A DNA stretch of 48,743 bases from assembly GCA_045613165.1 (NCBI GenBank), contig JAZLAK010000018.1, forward strand, positions 1-48,743, read 5' to 3'. The translations under genes and the position numbers were made by a program. Origin of the DNA: Bacilli bacterium. GTDB lineage: Bacteria > Bacillota_I > Bacilli_A > RF39 > UBA660. Below are positions 1-9,334 of this stretch, piece after piece (position 1 is the stretch's first letter; each line of letters opens with the position of its first letter). The notes below the pieces were generated by a model. The model was not told the DNA's origin and made no database searches. It saw only the letters and a list, made by a program, of their open reading frames with translations.

Positions 1-200
1 TCTAATCCTATCGCTCTATAACCAATTAAATAATTATTAGCAGTAGTATTATTAATATCATTTAAATAAAATAAAGAACAAAATATTTCACTTGGCATAG
101 CACTAGCACATACTTTAGAATATTTTTTTATTATATTAAATAAATTTCCTAAAGAAACATAATTTTTATTATCATTCATTTTAACAAACTTTTTTTCCAT
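1..200 (-). CDS. hypothetical protein, N-terminal fragment (gene runs off left edge)
   Basis: ATG at 198-200 (minus) opens a frame with no stop to position 1 (MEKKFVKMNDNKNYVSLGNLFNIIKKYSK...). No recognisable motif. Confidence 0.3.
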   Translation of the reverse strand, partial: MEKKFVKMNDNKNYVSLGNLFNIIKKYSKVCASAMPSEIFCSLFYLNDINNTTANNYLIGYRAIGL

Positions 201-307
201 ATGTATCACTATATTTATTATAACATATATACTGTGGATAAGTGTGGATTACAAAATATTACTATTTTTTCAATTTTTATATATAATTTAAATGAAAGGA
301 GAATTTT

Positions 308-1543
308 ATGAAAAAATTCATAAAAAATTATAAGTCTACACTTATTTTATTAGGAGCAATTATTATTGGTGCTATTATAGGTTTAATATTTGGAGAAAAA
401 GCAACAATATTAAGTCCGTTCGGTGACTTATTCTTAAACCTATTATTCATAATTATTGTTCCACTTATATTCTTAACTATTACTACATCAATTGGGAAAA
501 TGTCCCAACCTAAAAGATTAGGAAAAATCCTTACATCCATAGTATTGGTATTTATTATTACATCTTTAGTAAGTGTTCTAATAGGTATAGTAAGTACACG
601 AACTACTCTAGTAAATAATAATGACGGAGTAAAAATTAAAGAAACTTTAGAAAAAAATGTTGAAACTGAAAAAGAAGATTTAAACATTTTAGAACGTACA
701 GTAAATACTATAAGTACAAACGATTTTGAGAAATTATTATCAAAAGATAACATAATAGCTTTAATAGTATTCTCTATACTTATTGGTCTTTCAATTAATG
801 CATCGAAAGAAAAAGGAAAACCATTCTTGAATATACTTGAAAGTATGAATGAGGTGACTGGGAAGTTTATTAATATCATTATGTATTATGCACCAATAGG
901 TCTTGGATGCTACTTCGCTGCTTTCATTGGTCAATTTGGTTCTAGTATTGCAATTGGATACTTAAAATCATTTATTGTATATTTAATTGCTTGCATATTT
1001 GTTTACTTTATTATTTATTCATTATATGCATTTATTGCAGGAGGAAAAAAAGGAGTTAAAAGTTATTGGAAGAATATAATTCCAGCAACTGTTACTTCAT
1101 TAGCAACTTGTTCATCAGCAGCATGTATTCCAGTTAATACAAAATGCGCCAAAAATATTGGAGTTCCAAACGATATTGCTGATACAACTATACCTTTAGG
1201 AACATCATTTCATAAAGATGGTTCTATTATAGGAAGTGTATTTAAAATAATGTTCTTAGTATATTTATTTAATATGGATGTATCTGTATTTAAAATATTA
1301 GGTGTTGCACTTATTGCAACAATATTAGTTACAGCAGTTCCTATAGGTGGAGGAACTATCTCAGAAATGTTAATTATTACTATGATGGGCTTCCCAGTTG
1401 CAGCACTACCCATTTTAACAATAATAGCGACTATAATAGATGCTCCCGCAACAGTATTAAATGTTGTTGGAGATTCAGCAAGTAGTATGTTAGTAGCAAG
1501 AATTGTAGACGGAAAACATTGGTTAAAAAAGAAAAAGGCGTAA
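308..1543 (+). CDS. dicarboxylate/amino acid:cation symporter (DAACS/SDF family)
   Basis: 411 aa polytopic membrane protein. GGAG RBS upstream. The TM pattern and the conserved C-terminal half (SSAACIPV, PLGTSFHKDGS, VGDSASS) are typical of GltP/SstT-type symporters. Confidence 0.8.
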   Translation: MKKFIKNYKSTLILLGAIIIGAIIGLIFGEKATILSPFGDLFLNLLFIIIVPLIFLTITTSIGKMSQPKRLGKILTSIVLVFIITSLVSVLIGIVSTRTTLVNNNDGVKIKETLEKNVETEKEDLNILERTVNTISTNDFEKLLSKDNIIALIVFSILIGLSINASKEKGKPFLNILESMNEVTGKFINIIMYYAPIGLGCYFAAFIGQFGSSIAIGYLKSFIVYLIACIFVYFIIYSLYAFIAGGKKGVKSYWKNIIPATVTSLATCSSAACIPVNTKCAKNIGVPNDIADTTIPLGTSFHKDGSIIGSVFKIMFLVYLFNMDVSVFKILGVALIATILVTAVPIGGGTISEMLIITMMGFPVAALPILTIIATIIDAPATVLNVVGDSASSMLVARIVDGKHWLKKKKA

Positions 1544-1560
1544 TAACTAAAATACTGAAA

Positions 1561-1589
1561 TTGACTAAATAAAATTTATATGATAATAT
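1561..1589 (+). promoter_or_regulatory. sigma-A-type promoter (TTGACT-17-TAATAT with TGn extended -10)
   Basis: TTGACT at 1561-1566, a 17 nt spacer ending in TGA, and TAATAT at 1584-1589. No protein-coding ORF follows. Confidence 0.5.
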
Positions 1590-1595
1590 GTATTT

Positions 1596-1714
1596 AGCAA
1601 GAAAACTTGCATAAAATAAAAAAGGATATATCTAACATGTGGAGTTGTTAGATACATCCCGTTAGATTTGGACGCATACTAACAATAACAAAAACCCGTT
1701 AGTATGCTTTTTTT
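1596..1714 (+). ncRNA. candidate small RNA (~120 nt), unknown family
   Basis: Lies between the promoter at 1561-1589 and an intrinsic terminator. Contains a 13/14 bp hairpin (1624-1637 / 1646-1659) and a small hairpin gcaag-aaaa-cttgc. No ORF. Converges on the peptide ORF at 1715-1792. Confidence 0.4.
1674..1714 (+). terminator. rho-independent terminator
   Basis: Perfect 10 bp stem gcatactaac / gttagtatgc (1674-1683 / 1698-1707) followed by T7 (1708-1714). Confidence 0.7.
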
Positions 1715-1792
1715 CTATCTGAATAATAGTGTAAATACTAAAATAAATAGAAGAAGTATTATGAAATATAGAGTTTTCTCTCTTATAGTCAT
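1715..1792 (-). CDS. 25 aa hydrophobic peptide (MTIREKTLYFIILLLFILVFTLLFR), candidate type I toxin-like
   Basis: The ATG has a near-perfect SD (TAAGGAGGTGA, GGAGG 7 nt upstream). Charged N-terminus followed by a single TM segment. Its stop codon abuts the T-run of the convergent sRNA terminator. Confidence 0.4.
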   Translation of the reverse strand: MTIREKTLYFIILLLFILVFTLLFR

Positions 1793-1933
1793 ACACTCAC
1801 CTCCTTAAAATTAAAAATTTAATTATAAGGAATGCAACTAACGCATGTTAAATATATCAACGCTTATAATAACATATATTTTTAACAAAATACAAGTATA
1901 TATTATAAAAAGTTATTCATTAAAGAATAACTT

Positions 1934-3304
1934 TTATTTTACTAACATATCACTTAATTTAGTTACATATCCAGCGCCTAAAGTTAAAACTAAATCATCT
2001 TCACTTACATTATCGCTCAAATATTTCTTTATTTCTTCAAAATCACTTATATGTATTGCATCTTTTCCTAACTTTTTCAATTCATTGATTATATCACTCT
2101 CTTTAACGCCAAACTCATTTACTTCTCTAGCAGCATATATATCAGTAATAATAATATTATCAAAACTAACTAATGATTTTGCAAAGTCAACATAATGATT
2201 TTTAACTCTAGAATAAGTGTGAGGTTCAAATATAACCCACGATTTATTATACTTTTTATTTAAAATTGATTTGCCTACTGCATCAACTTCTGTTGGATGA
2301 TGCCCATAATCATCATATACTTTAGCACCATTTAATTCACCCTTATATTCAAATCTTCTTGCAGCACCAGTATAATTTTTTAATCCTTCTTTAATAGAAT
2401 CAATACTTATTCCATAATAATCACATAGTGCAACACTCCCTAAACTATTTAAAACATTATGCATACCAACAACACTTAAACTAATTTTATCAACATATTG
2501 TCTATTTCTATATAAATCGTATGTAGGATATCCCATTTCATCAAATACAATATTTTTAGCATAATAATTATAATTTTCATCATAACCATATGTTAAAACT
2601 TTTGCTTCAGTATTTAACGCTAGTTCTAAACAGTTTTTATCTTCACCATTTAATACTAGTAAACCATCACTAGGTAAATGACTTACATATTCTTTAAATG
2701 ATTTTTTTACATTTTCAAATGTTTTAAAATAATCCATATGATCATTATCAATATTTAAAATTATTGCGCTTTTTTGTTTAAAATTCAAATAACTATCACA
2801 ATATTCACAAGCTTCTATTATAAAATAATCACTTTTTCCTACTCTATAATTACCATTAATACTTTTTAAGATTGAACCAACTTGAATAGTAGGATCAGTA
2901 TTCTCCGCTAAAAAGCATTCACTAACCATACTAGTTGTAGTTGTTTTTCCATGAGTCCCAGCAACACCTATTGTATCTTTAAATAATTTAGTCAATTCTC
3001 CTAAAAATAAACCTCTTTCCATAATTGGAATATTTAATTCTTTAGCATGTACTAACTCAGGATTATCCTCTTTAACGGCAGCAGTATAAACAATTAAATC
3101 ATAAGTTTCATTAATATTATCATAATTATGACCTATATATACATTTATTCCACTACTAATTAATTCTTCAACTACTCTACTACTTTCATTATTACTTCCA
3201 CTAACATTAAATCCCCATGATACTAATATATGTGCCAAACCACTCATACTAATACCACCTATACCTACCATATAAATATTTTTATGCTTATTTAAATCAA
3301 ACAT
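1934..3304 (-). CDS. murC: UDP-N-acetylmuramate--L-alanine ligase
   Basis: 456 aa. N-terminal GIGGISMSGLA dinucleotide-type fold, Mur ligase P-loop GTHGKTTTTSM, and the length and order are typical of MurC. Confidence 0.92.
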   Translation of the reverse strand: MFDLNKHKNIYMVGIGGISMSGLAHILVSWGFNVSGSNNESSRVVEELISSGINVYIGHNYDNINETYDLIVYTAAVKEDNPELVHAKELNIPIMERGLFLGELTKLFKDTIGVAGTHGKTTTTSMVSECFLAENTDPTIQVGSILKSINGNYRVGKSDYFIIEACEYCDSYLNFKQKSAIILNIDNDHMDYFKTFENVKKSFKEYVSHLPSDGLLVLNGEDKNCLELALNTEAKVLTYGYDENYNYYAKNIVFDEMGYPTYDLYRNRQYVDKISLSVVGMHNVLNSLGSVALCDYYGISIDSIKEGLKNYTGAARRFEYKGELNGAKVYDDYGHHPTEVDAVGKSILNKKYNKSWVIFEPHTYSRVKNHYVDFAKSLVSFDNIIITDIYAAREVNEFGVKESDIINELKKLGKDAIHISDFEEIKKYLSDNVSEDDLVLTLGAGYVTKLSDMLVK

Positions 3305-3331
3305 ATTATCACCTCTTTAACTCTTTATAAA

Positions 3332-4261
3332 TTATATCATAAAATCATTTAATCTAACACTATCGACTAAAGGATTCAAACATCTATACTTTATATTTGG
3401 AATATCAAAAGCTGGTATTTCATCTAGTTTAATATTTTTAAATTTATTTAAATCTAATAATAATTCATTATCATTACAAATTTCTAATATATACATTAGT
3501 TCTTCTTCATCTAATTTATATAAATCTTCATAAGTTATTATATTTTTATCTATAGCATTCTTAGTTATACTAGCTAGTAACTCCATCATAAATATATCTT
3601 CTTTTGAATGACAATACATATCAATAGATTTGTTTACTTCTACTACAAGCTTTGCAACTTTTTCATTTTTAAAACCAATTTCTTTCTCTTTATCTTCATT
3701 AATAAATATTTCTATATCAGCAATAATATTTTTAACATCTTCTAAAGTTAAGTTTTTTGTCCAATATAAACCTGTTAATATAACTCCATCTAATCTATCA
3801 GCACATAATTTAGGTCTTTTATTATCAACAATAGTATACTTTTTAAAATCAATTATCTCCTCTAGTAATATACCATCCTCTTTTAAACACTCTAATAAAT
3901 ATTCATCTTTATCCAAAATATCTTTAATATACTGTTCTGTACTTTCTTGTTCTATATAATCATTATTCATATAATCAATAACATGAGAAAAACATGGCGT
4001 AGATATATCATGAAATAATGCTGCAAGTGTAGCTCTTTTATCTTTCGTACACATCCAAGTAATTAGAGCAACAGTTAAAGAATGATCATATCTAGATACA
4101 TATCCGCTAAAATTATAGATTTCTTTTGAAGCAAAATCCATTCCACAAAAATATCCTACATTCTTAAGACGTATTAATGATGGAACTCTTAAATATTTTT
4201 CAAAATTTTCATTAAATTTTTCAATATATAATAATTCTTTATATTGTTCTATCAAGTTCAT
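3332..4261 (-). CDS. HD-domain phosphohydrolase (dGTPase/SAMHD1-like, COG1078-type)
   Basis: RYDHSLTV ... LFHDISTPCFSHVIDY matches the H...HD...PFSH..D metal-binding pattern. Confidence 0.65.
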   Translation of the reverse strand: MNLIEQYKELLYIEKFNENFEKYLRVPSLIRLKNVGYFCGMDFASKEIYNFSGYVSRYDHSLTVALITWMCTKDKRATLAALFHDISTPCFSHVIDYMNNDYIEQESTEQYIKDILDKDEYLLECLKEDGILLEEIIDFKKYTIVDNKRPKLCADRLDGVILTGLYWTKNLTLEDVKNIIADIEIFINEDKEKEIGFKNEKVAKLVVEVNKSIDMYCHSKEDIFMMELLASITKNAIDKNIITYEDLYKLDEEELMYILEICNDNELLLDLNKFKNIKLDEIPAFDIPNIKYRCLNPLVDSVRLNDFMI

Positions 4262-4280
4262 AAAACATCACATCCAAATT

Positions 4281-4775
4281 CTATAAATTATTAATATAAT
4301 TCATAGATTTAACAAAAAAATCTATTTGATTTTGATTTAATTCCTTTTCATTTACCATATTCTGTAATTCATCAATACTAAACCATTTTACTTCAGTTAA
4401 TTCTTCTTCTTGAATATTAAATTCATTTATATCTAAATCTAATTTAGTATAATACATTTTATAACAATCTTTACCATCACAACCATTTGCAAACTCAATA
4501 ACTTCATTGTTAGAAATATCTATCCCTAATTCTTCCTTAACTTCAGTAATAATTCCTTCATATGGAGACTCACCAGATTTAGGATGACCACCAGTTACTC
4601 CCCAATCTCCACCTTTAGATTCTACCCTTTTTTGCATTAAAAATTTACCCTCACTATTTTGTATAGCAATCATAACAACCATTGGATAATACCCATCAGG
4701 AATTATATCCCCTTTATAATATGTTTTATCAGTTTTAATACTATCTTTATTATATAAATCTCTTTTCTCTCTCAT
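4281..4775 (-). CDS. NUDIX hydrolase
   Basis: Nudix box GGHPKSGESPYEGIITEVKEELGI (GX5EX7REUXEEXGU). Confidence 0.8.
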   Translation of the reverse strand: MREKRDLYNKDSIKTDKTYYKGDIIPDGYYPMVVMIAIQNSEGKFLMQKRVESKGGDWGVTGGHPKSGESPYEGIITEVKEELGIDISNNEVIEFANGCDGKDCYKMYYTKLDLDINEFNIQEEELTEVKWFSIDELQNMVNEKELNQNQIDFFVKSMNYINNL

Positions 4776-4787
4776 AAAATCACCTCA

Positions 4788-5996
4788 TTATTTTCTATTT
4801 AAAATAGTCACACTTTCAAAATGATATGTGTTACTAAACATATCTAATAAATAGACTTTATCAACATTATATAAATATTCTAAATTACTTAAATCTCTTG
4901 CTAAACTAATAGGATTACAAGAAACATATATTATTCTTTCAGCGCCAACACTAATTACATCACTAACCATATTTTTTACTAAACCAGTTCTAGGTGGATC
5001 AATCAATAAAGTATCTATTTTATCATTTATTTTTCTTATACATTTTGCACTATCACCACATAAATAATAAGTATTCTTAATATTATTAATTTTAGCATTA
5101 TTTATCGCGTCTATTATACTATTTTCGTTTATTTCTATACCATAAATTTTATTATACTTATCACTAACGCATTGTCCTAAAAAACCAACACCACAATATA
5201 AATCTAATAAATTATCTCCATAACTATTATCATTAATAATATTAATCATTTCGTTAGAAAAGTAATTAATTATTAGAAAAAATGAATTATAATTTACTTT
5301 AAATAATTTATCATTAAACTTTTCTATAAAATATTTTTCTGCATAATATATTTTATCATTTACTACGATACCAACTAATTTAACTTTAATTCTTAATTTA
5401 TCTATATCAATATCTACTTTTTCTTCACTATTAATAACTAATAAAATTTCATCATTATAATTAGAACGAATGATAATACTACCACTCTTTATATCAAATA
5501 AATCTTTATTTTCTAAAACTTTATTAATTGAATTTTTAGCTAGTAAACATTCTTTTATAGAAACAAAATGATGAGTATTACTATTATAATAACCCCATTC
5601 ATAATTTTCTATCTTAAACTCTACTTTATTTCTATAATTAAATATATCTTTATTCTCAATTACTTCTATATTAGAAGTAATATTAGCAAACTTAGATAAT
5701 ATATTTTTAAACTTATTTAGTTTATATTCAATACTATCTTCATAACTCATGTGTAATAAATTGCACCCACCACATAAATCATAATAAGGACATTTTGAAT
5801 TAACTCTTCTATCACTTTTATTAACATATTCTATAGCCTTAGCCACATAATATTTACTAGTTTCTTTTTCTATTTCAACTATAACTTCTTCATTAGGTAA
5901 AGTATTAGGTATAAATATTATTTTATCATTAATATATCCTATACCTCGTCCTTGATCATCTAACCTTAAAATTTTAACACTATTTTTTATATTCAT
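4788..5996 (-). CDS. 23S rRNA (uracil-C5)-methyltransferase, RlmCD/RumA family
   Basis: N-terminal TRAM-like domain, Fe-S cysteine cluster (C..CGGCNLLH), SAM-binding motif LLDLYCGVG, and the catalytic VSCNP region. Confidence 0.8.
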   Translation of the reverse strand: MNIKNSVKILRLDDQGRGIGYINDKIIFIPNTLPNEEVIVEIEKETSKYYVAKAIEYVNKSDRRVNSKCPYYDLCGGCNLLHMSYEDSIEYKLNKFKNILSKFANITSNIEVIENKDIFNYRNKVEFKIENYEWGYYNSNTHHFVSIKECLLAKNSINKVLENKDLFDIKSGSIIIRSNYNDEILLVINSEEKVDIDIDKLRIKVKLVGIVVNDKIYYAEKYFIEKFNDKLFKVNYNSFFLIINYFSNEMINIINDNSYGDNLLDLYCGVGFLGQCVSDKYNKIYGIEINENSIIDAINNAKINNIKNTYYLCGDSAKCIRKINDKIDTLLIDPPRTGLVKNMVSDVISVGAERIIYVSCNPISLARDLSNLEYLYNVDKVYLLDMFSNTYHFESVTILNRK

Positions 5997-6696
5997 ATAA
6001 TTTCTTCACTTCTTTTGTTGTTAAACTTCTATACTCTCCACTTTGTAAACCATTTAAATTTAAGAAAGCATATTCAACTCTACTTAATTTATCAACTAAA
6101 TATCCTAATTCCATAAATACTTTTTTTATAATATGATTTCTACCTTCTACAATACTTAACTCAAGTATACTGAAGTCTTTAATCTTATTATTAGTTTTTA
6201 TTTTAACTCTTGTAGGAACACATTTTACCCCATCTACATCTATGCCTTTTTCCAATCTTTTTAAATCACTTATTTCAAAGAATTTATTTAACTTGGCAAC
6301 ATATTTTTTTTCAATATTATTACTAGGATGCATCAATGTATTAGCTAACTCGCCATCATTTGTTAATATTAATAAGCCAGTAGTATCATAATCTAATCTA
6401 CCAACAGGATAAATACGTTTTTTTGTATCAATTAAATCAACAACAGTTTTTCTATCTTTATCATCACTAACAGAGCTTATTACACCTCTAGGTTTATTTA
6501 ATAAATAATATACTTTATCTTCCTCTAAATTAATTGCCTCACCATTAATAGTAATAGCATCAGTGCCACTAACTTTAGTTCCTAACTCTATAATTTTTTC
6601 TCCATTAACGAATACTTTTCCAGCTTTAATTAATTCTTCTGCTTTTCTTCTAGAACAATATCCACTATTTGCAATAACTTTTTGTAATCTTTCCAT
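5980..6696 (-). CDS. rluB: 23S rRNA pseudouridine synthase, RluB/RsuA family
   Basis: S4 domain (RLQKVIANSGYCSRRKAEELI) and the catalytic GRLDYDTTGLLILTNDGE motif. Overlaps the downstream methyltransferase gene by 17 nt. Confidence 0.85.
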   Translation of the reverse strand: MERLQKVIANSGYCSRRKAEELIKAGKVFVNGEKIIELGTKVSGTDAITINGEAINLEEDKVYYLLNKPRGVISSVSDDKDRKTVVDLIDTKKRIYPVGRLDYDTTGLLILTNDGELANTLMHPSNNIEKKYVAKLNKFFEISDLKRLEKGIDVDGVKCVPTRVKIKTNNKIKDFSILELSIVEGRNHIIKKVFMELGYLVDKLSRVEYAFLNLNGLQSGEYRSLTTKEVKKLYEYKK

Positions 6697-6787
6697 ATAA
6701 AGTACCTCTTTCTCTATAGTATTTTACCATATTTTATAGAATATCTAAAGTATATAAAAAACTTCACTAATATGAAGTTAATGTTTA

Positions 6788-6816
6788 TTGAAAATATAAA
6801 ATTTATATGCTATTAT
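6788..6816 (+). promoter_or_regulatory. sigma-A-type promoter (TTGAAA-17-TATTAT with TGn extended -10)
   Basis: TTGAAA at 6788-6793, a 17 nt spacer ending in TGC, and TATTAT at 6811-6816. No ORF follows. Confidence 0.5.
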
Positions 6817-6822
6817 TAATTT

Positions 6823-6895
6823 AGTAGAACATTCAAATTTGAATGTCTACCGTGTTAAGATAGACATAAGGATTTTAATCCTTGTGCCTTTTTTT
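6823..6895 (+). ncRNA. candidate small RNA (~73 nt), unknown family
   Basis: Promoter-to-terminator unit with hairpins acattcaaa/tttgaatgt and gtcta...tagac. Converges on the peptide ORF at 6907-6990. Confidence 0.4.
6865..6895 (+). terminator. rho-independent terminator
   Basis: 8 bp stem cataagga / tccttgtg (one G-U pair), then cc and T7 (6889-6895). Confidence 0.65.
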
Positions 6896-6906
6896 ATTAA
6901 CCAAAA

Positions 6907-6990
6907 CTACCCTTGTAGGAGGATAAATCTAATCAATAAAATGATAATTACTTGATATAAAATTATTACTAAAAACAATCTTTTACTCAT
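6907..6990 (-). CDS. 27 aa hydrophobic peptide (MSKRLFLVIILYQVIIILLIRFILLQG), candidate type I toxin-like
   Basis: ATG with GAGAGG 9 nt upstream. Basic N-terminus followed by one TM segment. The stop codon lies 11 nt from the end of the convergent sRNA terminator. A TTGTTA-16-TATAAT element lies upstream on the minus strand (~7045-7072). Confidence 0.3.
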   Translation of the reverse strand: MSKRLFLVIILYQVIIILLIRFILLQG

Positions 6991-7110
6991 AATACCAAAC
7001 CTCTCTAACATACTTATTAGAAGGTAGACACCAAACTTAAATGTTCGAGAAACTATTATAAAGTAATTATTTTTATTAACAAGCTATTCGACAAAACTAG
7101 ATAAAATATA

Positions 7111-7629
7111 TTAAAAAAACAAATATACTAACACAAATGCCATAGCCATACCAACTAAATCGGCAAATAAACCTACACCTAGAGCATATCTAGTTTTTTT
7201 TATGCCTACACTACCAAAATATAATGCTAAAACATAAAAAGTAGTATCAGTTGACCCTTGTAAAGTACTAGCAAGTCTTCCCATTAAAGAATCAGGTCCA
7301 AAATTCTCAAATATATTATTCATAATTGCTAAACTTGCATTACCTGATACAGGTCTAAAAAAAGCCATGGTAAAAATATCAGTACTTAAATTATACTTAT
7401 CTAAAAAAGGTGTTAAAAAAGAAAAAATATATTCAACAAATCCACTAGATATTAAAAGATTTACAGCAAATATCATAGCAATAATATTTGGAAATATTGA
7501 AACACATGTTTTTAAACCCTCATATACACCTTTTAAAAACGAATCATATATATTAATATGTTTCCTATAACCATATATAACAATAATTAAAACAATTAAA
7601 GGTAATATTATTATACTAAGTATCCCCAT
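7111..7629 (-). CDS. spmB: spore maturation protein B
   Basis: 172 aa polytopic membrane protein of the nucleoside-recognition/SpmB type, immediately downstream of spmA and dacB as in Bacillus and Clostridium. Confidence 0.75.
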   Translation of the reverse strand: MGILSIIILPLIVLIIVIYGYRKHINIYDSFLKGVYEGLKTCVSIFPNIIAMIFAVNLLISSGFVEYIFSFLTPFLDKYNLSTDIFTMAFFRPVSGNASLAIMNNIFENFGPDSLMGRLASTLQGSTDTTFYVLALYFGSVGIKKTRYALGVGLFADLVGMAMAFVLVYLFF

Positions 7630-8200
7630 TTTTTCTCCTTATAAAATAATCTAATATTAACCCTGATATACTTGAGCAAAATGTAGCTAATATACAAGTT
7701 GGAATTACTTCAGTGGGATTTAAGCTTCCATACATAGCTCTCATAGAAATTATAGTAGTAGGAATAATTGTAACTCCACCTGTATTTAATACTAAAAAAG
7801 TAATCATCGAACTACTTGCTGTATCCTTTTTATCATTAACTTTTTGTAATTCTTGCATAGCTTTTAAACCACACGGAGTTGCTGCACTACCAAGTCCTGC
7901 CATATTAATTGCAACATTGCTAGCAATCAAACCTAAAGCTTCGTTATCATGAGGAATTTTAGGAAATAATTTTTTTAAAACAAAACTTAGTTTTTTAGCA
8001 ATAAATTGTAATAATCCGCTATCTTCTGCAATTTGCATTAACCCCATCCATAAAGCAAGCATAGGTAACATTTCTAGCATCAAATCTAAAGCAACTTTTC
8101 CACTTGTTATAACTTCATTATTAATTAAATCAACTTTTCCATTAAATATCCCAAAAACTATACCAATTATTATAAATACTCCCCAAACAATATTTACCAT
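7616..8200 (-). CDS. spmA: spore maturation protein A
   Basis: 194 aa membrane protein in a conserved dacB-spmA-spmB arrangement. Overlaps spmB by 14 nt. Confidence 0.75.
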   Translation of the reverse strand: MVNIVWGVFIIIGIVFGIFNGKVDLINNEVITSGKVALDLMLEMLPMLALWMGLMQIAEDSGLLQFIAKKLSFVLKKLFPKIPHDNEALGLIASNVAINMAGLGSAATPCGLKAMQELQKVNDKKDTASSSMITFLVLNTGGVTIIPTTIISMRAMYGSLNPTEVIPTCILATFCSSISGLILDYFIRRKNGDT

Positions 8201-8209
8201 TTAACTCCC

Positions 8210-9277
8210 CTAACTTATTCCAAAAAAATTCTTTACTTTATCAAAAAAACTAAGCTTCTTTTTTTTATCATTTACACTAACTTTCTCTCTCTCATAAATA
8301 TATTCTTTTACTAAAACGCTATCATTTAATTTAATCATTACATACCCAACTATATCACTAACATTACCTTTATATAAAACTACTTCTTTATTTATTTTTT
8401 TATATTCACCACTAGTTAATGTTAAATACTTATCACTTTTTATATAGTAATTCTTATTATCAAAATTCTCTTTCTTTTTATCCAAAACTTTATAACTTTT
8501 ATATTCTTTAAAATATTTATTATATAAATCTTCATGATCTTTAAAATCATTTGGATCATTTAAAGTAACGACTACTAAATTCATATTATCTTTTGTTGCA
8601 GTAGTAACTAAAGTTCTTCGTGCTTTTTCTGTAAAACCAGTTTTACCGCCAGTACAATATTCATAATTTTTTAACAATTTATTTTTGTTATACCATAAAT
8701 AAGTTTTATAGTTAGTTTTAACTACCTTTTTTTCTGTGCTTACAATTTCTTTAAACTTATTATTCTTCATTGCTTCACTCATTAAAATTGCCATATCATA
8801 ACTAGTACTAATATTTCCTAGACCTTTATCATTTTCTAAACCACTAGAATTAATAAATGTTGTCTTCTTCATACCTATACCTTTAGCTGTTTCATTCATT
8901 AACTCTACAAAGCCTTCCATAGAGCCACCAACATAATTAGCAATTTGTATTGCAGCATCATTGCCACTTCTAAGCATTAGTCCATATAATAAATTTTCTA
9001 AACTCATTTCTTCTCCAACTTCTACATATATTCCACTACCATAACTTTTTAAAACACTTTCATCTATTTTAACTATATCTTTTATATTTGAATTATTTAA
9101 AGTAACCAAACTAGTCATAATTTTAGAAATAGATGCAATAAGTCTAACTTCATTTTGATTATAACCATATAAAACTCTCTTAGTATCCATATCCATAACA
9201 GTAACACTACTAGCACTTAAACTATATACTCTTATAGGAAATAAAAATATAATAAATATTAAAACTAACTTTTTCAC
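8210..9277 (-). CDS. dacB: D-alanyl-D-alanine carboxypeptidase (S11 family, sporulation-type)
   Basis: Signal peptide, then the SxxK (SISK), SGN (RSGND) and KTG (GKTGFT) motifs. Confidence 0.85.
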   Translation of the reverse strand: MKKLVLIFIIFLFPIRVYSLSASSVTVMDMDTKRVLYGYNQNEVRLIASISKIMTSLVTLNNSNIKDIVKIDESVLKSYGSGIYVEVGEEMSLENLLYGLMLRSGNDAAIQIANYVGGSMEGFVELMNETAKGIGMKKTTFINSSGLENDKGLGNISTSYDMAILMSEAMKNNKFKEIVSTEKKVVKTNYKTYLWYNKNKLLKNYEYCTGGKTGFTEKARRTLVTTATKDNMNLVVVTLNDPNDFKDHEDLYNKYFKEYKSYKVLDKKKENFDNKNYYIKSDKYLTLTSGEYKKINKEVVLYKGNVSDIVGYVMIKLNDSVLVKEYIYEREKVSVNDKKKKLSFFDKVKNFFGIS

Positions 9278-9334
9278 ATCATCACCTATAAAATTGTATG
9301 AAAAAAAGGACTTAGTTAGTCCTATTCAATCTTA

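Noticed and set aside
328-879. 183 aa minus-strand ORF, plus the 67 aa ORF at 1210-1413
   Set aside because: Both lie entirely antisense within the well-supported symporter gene. They are low-complexity I/N/F/K-rich translations typical of the shadow frame in AT-rich DNA.
1907-1935. Hairpin aaaaagttattc/gaataactttt overlapping the murC stop codon, considered as the murC terminator
   Set aside because: No T-run follows it on the minus strand, so I did not list it as a confident terminator.
1845-2195. 116 aa plus-strand ORF
   Set aside because: Overlaps the murC 3' end on the antisense strand. It has no RBS and its composition is that of a shadow frame.
3630-3959. 109 aa plus-strand ORF
   Set aside because: Antisense within the HD-domain gene.
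7367-7952. Plus-strand ORFs at 7367-7570 and 7713-7952
   Set aside because: Antisense within spmB and spmA.
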